DNA from: Bryobacterales bacterium
GTDB lineage: Bacteria > Acidobacteriota > Terriglobia > Bryobacterales > UBA6623
DNA length: 64,000 nucleotides
Direction of reading: 5' to 3'
Assembly: GCA_028819255.1 (NCBI GenBank)
Contig: JAPPMB010000164.1
Location: 6,109 to 70,108, forward strand
Positions 46,734-56,057 of this stretch are shown here, piece by piece (positions within the stretch are counted from its first letter, which is position 1; every line of letters starts with the position of its first letter). The notes below the pieces were generated by a model. The model had not been told where the DNA came from. It did not search any database and worked only from the letters and a program-made list of their open reading frames with translations. Both the position numbers and the translations under genes were made by a program.

Positions 46734-47675
46734 TCACTGCAGTTCGTCCCAGGCTGCCTCGTACAGTTCCAAGTCTGGCCAGGAACCGTTCAGTGTCTCC
46801 AGGAACGCCTTGATATCGGAATGATCCTGCTTGCTGAGTTCTAGGGGATCGAGTTCCGATGCCCCAAACGTGCCTTCCTTGGGCTCGTTGTAGAACTCCA
46901 GCACCTCGTCGAGCGTCTCGAATCGTCCGTCGTGCATGAACGGCTCGCGCCCCTTCCAATTCCTGAGAGAGGGTGTCTTGAAGGCGCCCAGGTCGTAGTC
47001 GTCGCGGGAAACGTGGGATCGACCGGGGTCGTCCGGAGTTCCCGTGCCGATGTTGTGAAAGAAGCCGTCCGTAAAGTTGGGGCCGAAATGGCAGGTCGCG
47101 CATTGGCCGCGGGTAAAGAAGATCATCCGGCCGCGCTCTTGGGCTTCGTTGAAGACCGAGCGGTCGCCCTCGAGCCACTTGTCGTAGAGAGTCGGCCCGG
47201 TGATCAGCCTCCGCTCAAAGGCCGCGATGGCCCGGGTGATTTCCTCGATGGTGATCGTGTCGATGCCCGCCCTCGCAAATGCCCGAACGTATTCGCTCTG
47301 GCTCCTGACCCGCCGCTCCGCTTCGTCAAGGTCGAGGTCCATCTCGATCGGGTTCTCGATCGGTCCCTTTGCCTGCTCCTCCAGCGATTCCGCGCGACCG
47401 TCCCAGAAGAAGAATTCCGCATCCGCCAGGTTGACGACGGTCGGGGTGTTTCGCGGAAGGATGTCTCCGTAGGCACCTTCGCCGAGGGCCACGCCCGACT
47501 CGAATCCCTTCTGCGGATCGTGGCAGGTGCCGCAAGACATGTTGCGGGGCTGGGACAGAAGCGGATCGAAGAAGAGCTTCCAGCCAATCGCGGCCAGAAT
47601 GTCGGGGCTTCCGCTCGCCCATAACGGGGGCTGGATGGCCGCGACTCCAGCCAGTGCGAGAGTTGCCCAGTGCAT
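46734..47675 (-). CDS. di-haem cytochrome c peroxidase (CCP/MauG family)
   Basis: ATG 47675 lies 4 nt after the upstream stop. Two CxxCH motifs (CGTCHDP, CATCHFGPNFTD). GAFKTPSLRN. Confidence 0.88.
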   Translation of the reverse strand: MHWATLALAGVAAIQPPLWASGSPDILAAIGWKLFFDPLLSQPRNMSCGTCHDPQKGFESGVALGEGAYGDILPRNTPTVVNLADAEFFFWDGRAESLEEQAKGPIENPIEMDLDLDEAERRVRSQSEYVRAFARAGIDTITIEEITRAIAAFERRLITGPTLYDKWLEGDRSVFNEAQERGRMIFFTRGQCATCHFGPNFTDGFFHNIGTGTPDDPGRSHVSRDDYDLGAFKTPSLRNWKGREPFMHDGRFETLDEVLEFYNEPKEGTFGASELDPLELSKQDHSDIKAFLETLNGSWPDLELYEAAWDELQ

Positions 47676-47679
47676 TCCG

Positions 47680-48636
47680 TCAGTCGTCGACAACGACCCC
47701 CCACGGCATCTCGCCCGTTGGGATGGTCTTGATCTCTTCCAGTGCCTCGGTGTCGACCACCGACAGTGTGCCGTCCGGGCCGTTGGCGGCATAGAGCCGC
47801 TTGCCGTCGCGGGATAGGGCAATGCCCCAGGTGCGGACCCCCGTGCCGACGGTCCCCTGGACCTCGAGTGTGTCTGGGTCGAGCACCGCAACGGCGTTGC
47901 CCCGCCCCATCGACACGTACAGGCGGTCGCCGTCCGGAGAAAGCAGTATCCCTTTCGGCTTGACTCGGGGATTGATCTCGCGACGCAGCCTGCGGTTGAC
48001 CGTCACGATGCGATTCGTCGTGCGGTCGACCTTCGAGACGTGACCGGCGACCTCGGACGTGACCCAGAAATACCCACCGTCGGGACTGAATGCCACCTCT
48101 CGTGGCCTGGCCCCCACCAGGACGTTGGCGACCAGCTTGCTGTCGTCCACCGAAATGACATGCACCATGTTCGACGATTCGCTCGTCACCAGCACCTGCT
48201 TTCCGTCAGGGCTGACGCCGACGCCTTCGGGTTCTAGTCCGACCTTGATCTCGGCCAGAATTTCACCCGAATCCGGATTCAGGGCGGTCGCGAGTCCGTC
48301 GTCCTCGTTGGAAAGGTAGATTGTGCCGTTGGGATGGACAGCGAACGCTTCTGGATCCGAGCCGGCGCTGATCTTGCGCTCCAGCTCGAGCGTGGCGGCG
48401 TCGATCACGCCGATTGCGTTCTCATTGCCCAGCGCCACGTACACCTTGGAGCGGTCCGGGCTGAAACCGATCCCGCGAGGCCGGCCGCCGACCTCGATCG
48501 TCTTCTCGACCTTGTCGGTGCGGCTGTCGATGACCGTGACGGAATCGCCTGCCTCGTTCGTGACGAAGATTCGGTAGGTCGGCTCGGCGACCATTTGCGG
48601 GACAAGAAGGAGGACCAAGAGAAGGATTCGAAGCAT
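47680..48636 (-). CDS. YVTN-family beta-propeller repeat protein
   Basis: ATG 48636 gives MLRILLLVLLLVPQMVA. Repeated P.G(I/V)..SPDG...YV(A/T)N....V.V(I/V)D units. Confidence 0.8.
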   Translation of the reverse strand: MLRILLLVLLLVPQMVAEPTYRIFVTNEAGDSVTVIDSRTDKVEKTIEVGGRPRGIGFSPDRSKVYVALGNENAIGVIDAATLELERKISAGSDPEAFAVHPNGTIYLSNEDDGLATALNPDSGEILAEIKVGLEPEGVGVSPDGKQVLVTSESSNMVHVISVDDSKLVANVLVGARPREVAFSPDGGYFWVTSEVAGHVSKVDRTTNRIVTVNRRLRREINPRVKPKGILLSPDGDRLYVSMGRGNAVAVLDPDTLEVQGTVGTGVRTWGIALSRDGKRLYAANGPDGTLSVVDTEALEEIKTIPTGEMPWGVVVDD

Positions 48637-48640
48637 GGCG

Positions 48641-49414
48641 TCACTCACAGGGGGAGGCCCCGAGACTGTCGAGGCCGCCGGGAGCGCCACGGACCGGCGC
48701 TTCTCCCAGCAACTCACCGTCGGGGCCGATTAGGACCAGGGGCTGGCGCAGCTGCCCACTCGCGCGAAAGCTGTGCGGATCCCCCTTCTGGCCGTCGAGT
48801 CCGTCCGCTTCCTTGAGAAGGCGCAGCAGCGCGACCGCGTCGCTGCCCGGCTCGCGCATCAGCGTGTCCCCGACGGCGCGCGCGGCAAACCATCCGGCCC
48901 AGGCCAGGGAGTCCATCTCCGGTCCGAAGCGCTCCTTGTAGCGCTTGTTCAGGTCGCGGGCGGCGAACTTCACCGCGCCGCCGTGCCAGGCAGCCGCCGT
49001 GACGGAGGCGTTCGGCTCGCGAGCCTTCCACTGGGACACCGCGTCCGCCTTCATGCGCGCGCTCGGGATCACGTGCAGCGCGTTTGCCAGGCATGCCGCC
49101 CGCAGGCTGTCGGAATCGTCGCTGAGGTTGAAGACGGCCCTGCCGCCGGCGCTGCCAGCCAAGTCGGCGATCTGGCCCCGCTGGTCAGCGAAGACAGCGA
49201 TAGCGTCGCCTGAAATCGGTGCGCCGGAGGACGCCGCTAGCGTGAGCCTAACGCCTAGGAACTCGCCCTGGACGTTGGATTCCTCAATCCCCAGCCGCAG
49301 CCCCTGAAGCGCCGCGCTGGATTCGGGGCCGAGGTAGACGAGGTTGAAATCCGCGCCGGGAGCGGTCGCGGCCAGCACGATCGCCAAGGCCAGGGCGAAA
49401 CGAATTGCCCGCAT
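48641..49414 (-). CDS. periplasmic substrate-binding-like protein (type I PBP-like)
   Basis: ATG 49414 is preceded by AGGAGAG. Signal peptide MRAIRFALALAIVLAATAPGA. Resembles the branched-chain-type binding proteins that accompany YVTN propellers. Family call is weak. Confidence 0.55.
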   Translation of the reverse strand: MRAIRFALALAIVLAATAPGADFNLVYLGPESSAALQGLRLGIEESNVQGEFLGVRLTLAASSGAPISGDAIAVFADQRGQIADLAGSAGGRAVFNLSDDSDSLRAACLANALHVIPSARMKADAVSQWKAREPNASVTAAAWHGGAVKFAARDLNKRYKERFGPEMDSLAWAGWFAARAVGDTLMREPGSDAVALLRLLKEADGLDGQKGDPHSFRASGQLRQPLVLIGPDGELLGEAPVRGAPGGLDSLGASPCE

Positions 49415-49785
49415 GTCGATGCTCTCCTGGTGCGGGCGGATGCTCCGCAACGTCCAACGTATCGTAGCAACATCGCCGGATCTTGGCAGGCATCTACGGC
49501 AGGTGGGTTCAAGCCTGGCGGCGCACACGAGACCCGGGGACATGGGTCCGTTGCCCGCGTCGATGGATCATTCAGTCTGGGACGCCGCTGTCCGGAACGG
49601 CGATGAGATTCGTGGATCCTTGTCTCCCTCGTGACCGGGTCTGCTCGGGGCTCCCGGTTGGACGCGAGAGGCGGAGAGACGTCTGCCTTGCCTTCCTCAG
49701 CCGACTGTCGTGGGATACCCGCTCCCGACATGTCGCGCCGCCCGGGAGCAGGGAAAGTTGCGTCACGACCGCCGTATCGCAGACT

Positions 49786-51084
49786 CTACTCCCAGCACTC
49801 CACCGCAACTGTGAAACCGCGCGCCAGATCGGCGACGGCCTGGGTTGAGAGCTTCTTGTCGCCACCGGCCCGACCATAGGGAACGCCGTGGATCTCGGGG
49901 AACATCCGAGCCACGGAGCCCTTGATCGCGAAGTTGACGTTCTGCGGAATCGTACCGGTAGCTCTCGCGACGCCGAGGGCGTTGAGCCGGGAAACCACAA
50001 CTCCAATGACATTGCCGGATTCGTCGAGCAAGGGCCCGCCGCTATTACCCGGCTGGACAGGGGCAGTGATCTGGAGACGTGTGGAGTCGTCCCCCAGACC
50101 CGCAAGCGCGCTGATGTTCCCGCCCGTCACGTGCAAGTCGCTGGCAAGGAGCCCACCGAATGGATAGCCGGCCACCGTTGCGGTCTCGCCAAGGGCCGGT
50201 TGGGGTGACTCGCTGAACGCCGCCGTTTCTCCCGACAGCCCCGGGGCTGCCAGCAGCGCCAAGTCGTTTGTCGCGTCGGACGCGTGGACCGTAGCGCTGT
50301 GCCTTTCGCCGGAGTGCCTGACGGTCACTTGGGCACATCCGTCCACGACATGATTGTTTGTCAGAATCTTGCCTCCCGGCCCGACCAGGAATCCGCTGCC
50401 GCTACCGGTCGGCCTGCGGTCGACACGCCCGGGTTCGAGCCGGTTCGGGGGAGTGGTTGTGTTGGCTCTCTCCGTTCGGCCCCGGAACTCCCGGCTCAGA
50501 GCCTGGGCTTCGGCAATCTGACCCGATGTCATAGCCAATCGAAGCTTGTCCCTCAGTTCTCGCGCCTCTCGATGAGCTTGCGCAGCGGCGAGATTCGACC
50601 TCGCGTAGGAAAAGACGTAATCCTGCGGGACGCCCTCGCCGTAGTAGTACCTGAGTCCCAGGTTGAATTGTGCGTTGGCGTAGCCCTGTTCGGCGGCCTT
50701 GCGGTACCTCTGCGCGGCCAGAGCATAATCCTGCGGCACGCCCCAGCCAACGCGGTACATAAAACCCAGACCGAATTGTGCGTTGGCGTAGCCCCGTTCG
50801 GCGGCCTTGCGGATCCACTGGGCGGCCAGAGCGTAGTCCTGCGGCACGCCCTGGCCGTTGCCGTACATGCGTCCCAAGTAGGTCTGAGCGTCGGAATGTC
50901 CCTGCTCGGCCAGAGAATGGAATTCGGACAGTGCAACCGAATAGTCTTCCCTCTCGAAGGCCGCCTTTGCTCTCTCGAAGTCAGCCGCCGACACCGCTAC
51001 TGGAGCCGTAAGTGTGAGTGCAAGCAGCATGGCACTCCACGCAGCCATGGCCATACGAGCCAGTTTGAAGTCTTGGACCAACAT
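49786..51084 (-). CDS. Sel1-repeat + trypsin-like serine protease (S1C-like) fusion protein
   Basis: Signal peptide MAMAAWSAMLLALTLTAPVAVSA. Three Sel1 repeats (..AQ..LG.MY..G.GVPQDY..A..W..KAAE.G). Protease half GSGFLVGPGGKILTNNHVV...DLALL...QPGNSGGPLLDESGNVIGVV. Start is 51084 or 51054. Confidence 0.8.
   Translation of the reverse strand: MLVQDFKLARMAMAAWSAMLLALTLTAPVAVSAADFERAKAAFEREDYSVALSEFHSLAEQGHSDAQTYLGRMYGNGQGVPQDYALAAQWIRKAAERGYANAQFGLGFMYRVGWGVPQDYALAAQRYRKAAEQGYANAQFNLGLRYYYGEGVPQDYVFSYARSNLAAAQAHREARELRDKLRLAMTSGQIAEAQALSREFRGRTERANTTTPPNRLEPGRVDRRPTGSGSGFLVGPGGKILTNNHVVDGCAQVTVRHSGERHSATVHASDATNDLALLAAPGLSGETAAFSESPQPALGETATVAGYPFGGLLASDLHVTGGNISALAGLGDDSTRLQITAPVQPGNSGGPLLDESGNVIGVVVSRLNALGVARATGTIPQNVNFAIKGSVARMFPEIHGVPYGRAGGDKKLSTQAVADLARGFTVAVECWE
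50575..50898. repeat. three tandem 108-bp units encoding the Sel1 repeats
   Basis: Units at 50575-50682, 50683-50790 and 50791-50898. The first ~60 nt of the latter two are near-identical (gcccYgttcggcggccttgcgg...gcggccagagcRtaRtcctgcggcacgcc). Confidence 0.7.
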
Positions 51085-51164
51085 GCCCGGCCCGCGCAAA
51101 TCTACTACCCGGCGTCGCGGTCTGTCCAGAGCCCCTCGGTGGGTCTCCGTGCCGCGGCGGACCA

Positions 51165-52085
51165 TTAGCGCGGTCCGAATGATGGGTCGGCCGAATCCAG
51201 CCAATTGCCCATCTCCGAAGCCCTCAGGCGCAGGCTGATGTAGAACGGTCCGAACAGCGCATAGACCGCGCTCGCCTCATCGAAGCGCATCTCGTAGATC
51301 AGCTGCTTGAACACCAGTGGATCGTCCGCGAACAGGTCAACACCCCATTCCCAGTCGTCGAAGCCGATCGATCCCGAAATGATCTGCTTGACCCGCCCTG
51401 CGTACCGCCGGCCGATCATGCCGTGCTCCCGCATCATGTCCCTGCGCTGGTCAATAGGGACGGTGTACCAGTTCCGATCCTCACCGCGCTTCTTGTCCAT
51501 CGGGTAGAAGCACAGGTACTTGTGGGATGGAATCGGCGGGTCCAGACGCGGCGCCATCGCCGTCGCCTGTACCGCCTTGCGCTCCCGTACGCGGGCGGCC
51601 CAGTCCGGGCTGTCGGGGACGATCCCCTCGGAGAGCATCTCTTCGTACAGATTGACGGTTGAATCGTAGAGGCCGAGTTCCACGACCGACACATAGGACG
51701 TTGTCGGGTCCAGAAAATCGAACAGCTGCAGGGACGAGACGGCCAGTTCGGCGCGGTTCAGACCCTCCAGGTCCTTCCGGAAGTGAAGGAAGAGCAGGTC
51801 GCCCTTGTGTCCCAGAATCGAGAACAGCGCCGACCCGCCCGATCCGATGCTCTCCATCGCTCCCAGGGCAGCCTCGGCCTCCTCGGCGATTTGACTCCGA
51901 GCGTTCGCGTCCAGCGCTCTCCAGGCCGACCAGCGCATCCGGAACATCTGATGCAGGATGAATGCGCCATCCAGTGTCAGCGGGTGCGGTGGGGTCGGCG
52001 CGCTCGAACTCTGGGCCCTTGTGCCGCCGGGGATTCCAGATGGGCTGTTTCCCCCAGTGGACATCAAGGTCCACTCTATCAGCAC
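51165..52085 (-). CDS. chlorite dismutase family protein (HemQ/ChdC-like)
   Basis: FILHQMFRMRW, GHKGDLLFLHF, YLCFYPMDKKR, NWY, MREHGMIGRRY, ISGSIGFDDWEWGV, IYEMRFDEASA. The start could be ATG 52067. Confidence 0.85.
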   Translation of the reverse strand: MLIEWTLMSTGGNSPSGIPGGTRAQSSSAPTPPHPLTLDGAFILHQMFRMRWSAWRALDANARSQIAEEAEAALGAMESIGSGGSALFSILGHKGDLLFLHFRKDLEGLNRAELAVSSLQLFDFLDPTTSYVSVVELGLYDSTVNLYEEMLSEGIVPDSPDWAARVRERKAVQATAMAPRLDPPIPSHKYLCFYPMDKKRGEDRNWYTVPIDQRRDMMREHGMIGRRYAGRVKQIISGSIGFDDWEWGVDLFADDPLVFKQLIYEMRFDEASAVYALFGPFYISLRLRASEMGNWLDSADPSFGPR

Positions 52086-52870
52086 ATGGCCTTGCAGCTC
52101 TGGGCTTGGACCTGTCCGGGGTGACTCCGCCGTGCCGGCAGCGTTGGGCGCGGAGTTTCGCAGTCACATGTTCAAGGTCGTCAGCGGTCCCCCGCCTTTT
52201 GCTTGGTTCCCGGGAAGATGCGTTCGTTCCGAGACGCACCGGCTTGAACGGGAACGAAGGGCGACACGGCGACTGGCGTGTGAGGGGCCGGGAGGGCCAG
52301 GCGGCCGGTCGAGGATGTGAAGCGAAGGAGACCGGGCCACCCCAACCGCCTCACGCCCCGGCCCCCGATCCGTGTTCTCGGCATACGGGAAGGAACACGA
52401 CCATGGATTTCTCCACTTTCGGTCCGCCGGGCCCGCAGGCTGCCTTTGGTCAGTGCGCCAACCGCGAATCTGTCCTCTCCGGTCTGGACTTGCGCGAACC
52501 GACCTGCCTGGCACTCTCCGGAATCCGCCTTGGAGGGCGCCAAGATCTCTGTCCGGATGTGCCAGCCCGGCGACAGTGAGGAATTCAACGCCGTAATCCC
52601 ATGGATCAGTGTGCTGGGATGAATGGCGGCCGACGTCGGTCCGTCCGGACGGCCGGTCATCGATACACCGAATGGATCCCTATGGAGGGTGGAGGGGAAC
52701 CGGAACCCGAGTTGAGCGATCTGGAAAGTTAGCTGATGGAATCCGCAACTCTGCTGGATCAATGGCGATGTGCAAGCTCTAGGAGCGGCTCGCCACCAGG
52801 CGCGGCCTATCGTTCGGGAGAGTTGCCGGGTTGTCAATGTCTGACAGGGCCGGGGCCTGAAGCTGAAGCG

Positions 52871-53257
52871 TCAAGACGCTCGAATTGGCCCCGGGTAGGG
52901 TGCGACGACAGGGTCGGCTGTGATCAGAGTGATTCCCTCGGCCATGGCCTGCGTGACCAGGATGCGATCAAACGGATCTTTGTGGATCGGCGGAAGTATG
53001 TCGACACTGGCCGCGTGCTCGCCCGTCACAGCCAAATCTACATAGTAGTTCTCCAGCAAGCCTCTCCGCAGCAGCCGTGGGTCGACCCGGAAATCCCTGT
53101 GTCCCAGGCCATTCTTGATTGCGACTTCCCATGTCGATGCAGCGCTGAACACGAACTCTGTGCCCGAATTCTCGACGAGTTCGCAGATGTCGTCCGAGAG
53201 CCGCTCAGGCGATACCGCTGCCCATAGCAGGACGTGTGTGTCGAGCAGGACTCTCAA
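52871..53257 (-). CDS. vapC: type II toxin VapC (PIN domain)
   Basis: MRVLLDTHVLLWA..., PIHKDPFDRILVTQA, ITLITAD. Its start overlaps the antitoxin stop by 4 nt. Confidence 0.9.
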   Translation of the reverse strand: MRVLLDTHVLLWAAVSPERLSDDICELVENSGTEFVFSAASTWEVAIKNGLGHRDFRVDPRLLRRGLLENYYVDLAVTGEHAASVDILPPIHKDPFDRILVTQAMAEGITLITADPVVAPYPGPIRAS

Positions 53258-53499
53258 GAGCCATCCTCAAACATGTGTTCGAGATCGCCGGACCCCATCC
53301 GGTCAAAATCATCAGGCACTGATATCCGACCTTTCAGGAAGCCTGTCCGACGCGTTGCGGCAGCTGTCGGAGAATCCAGAGCGACTACCTTGACGACGGG
53401 TTTGCCGGCACGGGCAATGATGAACGGATCGCCCTTCTCGGCGGCGGCAACCAGACTGAAAAGGTGTGTCTTGGCTTCGTGCATGCTGACAGTTCGCAT
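53254..53499 (-). CDS. type II antitoxin (Phd/YefM family)
   Basis: MRTVSMHEAKTHLFSLVAAAEKGDPFIIARAGKPVVKVVAL. 81 aa. Lies upstream of and overlaps vapC. Confidence 0.85.
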   Translation of the reverse strand: MRTVSMHEAKTHLFSLVAAAEKGDPFIIARAGKPVVKVVALDSPTAAATRRTGFLKGRISVPDDFDRMGSGDLEHMFEDGS

Positions 53500-53771
53500 G
53501 ACGGTTTCCTTCGGACTTGGCCTAGTCGACTTAGTACATCAGATCTGAAACCGCAGTTCCGACAAGGGACTTGACCCGGAACCCAGCCCTTGCGGTGTCA
53601 GGGGACCTCCGCTGCGTATCCCACGGATATGCCAGCTCGAAATACCGTGCACTGGCGGGCAGCTCCGGCACCAAGCTTGCCGAGATGATGAACGTCAACG
53701 AGGCCACGCTGTCGGATCCGGGCAACCCGACGCCGCCACGCGAGCGGCGCTGGTAACCCGCTTTCGGCGAC

Positions 53772-54313
53772 ATGCTGTCCTCCAACAGGCAGGAGAACTC
53801 GAGGCGCAACGGCCTCCAGGTCGGGTTGGAGAAGGGGATGGGCAGGGGCATGAGCTTCCTGATCGGCTACATGCGGTCGCACTCGATCGACACCGCGTCG
53901 CGCGGCTGCGGCGGATCGTGGCACCAGAACGCCCGCCGGCTGCGGGACGACCGAGGCAACTCCGACTTCGATTTGCGCCAGCGCCTCACGGCCTGCCACG
54001 TCTACGAGCCGCCGTTTGGGAAGGGAAGGCGCTACCTGTCGAACTCCTCCTCGGTCGTGGACGCCATTGTGGGCGGGTGGTCGGACAACGGCATCGCGAC
54101 GTTCATGGGGGGCCACCCGTTCTCGCCGCGAACCGCCGGCGACCGCTCGAATGTTGGGGCCTTCCCGTTCAATCGGGCGGACCGGTCTTGCGACGGCAAC
54201 CTCCCGCGCGGTAAGCGCACGATCAAGCGACGGCGAGGAACCGCTTCTTCGGGCAGGTCGGCAGTGCGCTCGACGCTCGGATAACCCAGTTCGGCATGAA
54301 GCTTCTGTGGTAG
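53772..54313 (+). pseudogene. C-terminal relic of an acidobacterial-type TonB-dependent receptor
   Basis: NGLQVGLEKGMGRGMSFLIGYMRSHSIDTAS...RGNSDFDLRQRLTACHVYEPPFGKGRRYL...VDAIVGGWSDNGIATFMGGHPFSP...RADRSCDGNLPRGKRTIKR. It then shifts frame to FFGQVGSALDARITQFGMKLLW-TAG(54311-54313). No N-terminal plug or barrel, plus an internal deletion. Confidence 0.55.
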
Positions 54314-54469
54314 AGGGTGTGAGAGAGGCTGTGTCGCCCGGCGGTCGTCTCGGCCAGCCTCCTCGTTCGCCGAAGCTGGCGAGCGGCATCGAGGCCTCGT
54401 CGCGGCACGGCATCCCGGCGCTTGGCGGGCGAGGGCCGGCGCGAAGGGGGCGGAAGGGAGCGCATTGAA

Positions 54470-56057
54470 ATGACTGTCGGAGAGAAGTGGCGCGCGTTTG
54501 CCGCCATCGCGGCGACCGCATCCCTCGCAGCGGGGTGCGGCTCCGGAACGCCGCGCGGTCCGGTCCCGACTGGGATGCGGAACGTGCTGGTCATCAGCGC
54601 AGACGACCATGCCACCCATGCGATGGGGGCCTACGGCAACGACGGGATTCGGACCCCCAACTTGGATCGCCTCGCTGCAAGCGGCACGCGGTTCGAGAGG
54701 GCTTTCGCCAACTGCCCGTTCTGCACGCCGTCGCGCCAGTCCTTCATCACCGGCAGGTACCCCCATTGCGTGCGACGTGACGCTGCTGCAGACCCCTCTG
54801 GCGGAGGAGCAGCTCACCATCGCGGATCACCTGGGGGAACTGGGGTTCAAGACCGCCGCGATCGGGAAGATGCATTTCAACAGCGGCCTGACGCACGGCT
54901 TCGACTACCGGATCGATGGGCGGGACCACGACGCGCATCTCGCCGCGAGCCCGGCCCGCAGGCCGCCCGAGGACCAGCCGTACAAGCCGGTCTGGAGGCC
55001 CTTCCGGGTCCCGGCGAGGGAATGGCTGAACGCCGGTCGGCTTCCGGGCACCGGCTACCCCCGGCCCGGTGACCCGGACAACCAGGGCCTGTACGACGAC
55101 GACTTTCTCGGGACGTTCTTCGTGCGCAGCGCGATCGACTTCATGAATCGGAACCGCGGGGAGCGAATGTGCGTCTGGCTGAGCTTCTACGAGCCGCACT
55201 CGCCGTTCAACTTCCCGGTCGAGTTCGCCTCCAAGCACGTCCCTTCGGATTTCGATCTGCCCGCTACGGGCCCTGAGGACGACCGGTGGATCCCGGCCAT
55301 CTTCCGTGACCTCAGCGAGCACGACAAGCGCGGGGTCACGGCCGCGTAGTACAACTCGGTCGAGTATCTGGATGCGAATGTCGGGCGCATGCTGGACGCG
55401 CTCGAGGAGTCCGGCCTCGACGAGACGACGCTCATCGTGTACGTCAGCGACCACGGCTATCTGCTGGACCACCACGGGCGCTTCGAAAAGCACATGATGT
55501 GGGAGGAGGTCGTCCGCGTGCCGTTGGTCATCCGGCATCCGCGCCTGCCTCCCGCCACCGAGGCCGCCCTCGTCGAGCTGGTCGACGTGATGCCCACGAT
55601 TCTTGACATCCTGGACGTCCCGCCGGTCGAGGGGCTGGACGGGCGCAGCCTGCTGGGCCTGCTGAAGGGAGACACCGACGAGAACCGGGATATCGTGTTC
55701 TCGGAGTACTTTCACGACAACAAGGCGATGGTCCGAACGGAGCGGTGGAAGTACGTCTTCGCGACCGGCAAGGAGGATCTGGCCCTGGGCTACGAGACCG
55801 GACTCGGGCCCTCGGGGCTGGACGAGCGGCTTTACGACGTGATCGCGGACCCCGGCGAGTTCAACGACTTGGCCGAAGACGCGGCGTCAGCGGAAGTCCT
55901 CCGCGAGATGAGGGAGAAGCTGCTCGGCGTCTTCCTTCAGACCGACCCGAGGGCGCAGGATGTTCCTGACGGTCTGACCACGGAGGAGGCGCTGGAGTGG
56001 TTCCTGGAGCCACCGGAGGAGAGCCTCCCTCCCGCGGCCTTCGTGAACGCCGAATAG
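54470..56057 (+). pseudogene. sulfatase gene with one frameshift and one in-frame TAG
   Basis: Lipoprotein start MTVGEKWRAFAAIAATASLAAGC. VLVISADDH, FGly motif CTPSRQSFITGRYPH. +1 frame change near 54766. ...KTAAIGKMHF...GVTAA-TAG(55347-55349)-YNSVEYLDANVGRML...YVSDHGYLL continues in the same frame to 56057. Confidence 0.8.

Noticed and set aside
10919-55349. The idea that the in-frame TAA/TAG codons reflect stop-codon reassignment or programmed read-through.
   Set aside because: TAG and TAA terminate conserved genes at their expected ends (mreB 9170-9172, pepA 43474-43476, mreC 10268-10270, yciI-like 63569-63571). Several of the affected genes also carry frameshifts or deletions.
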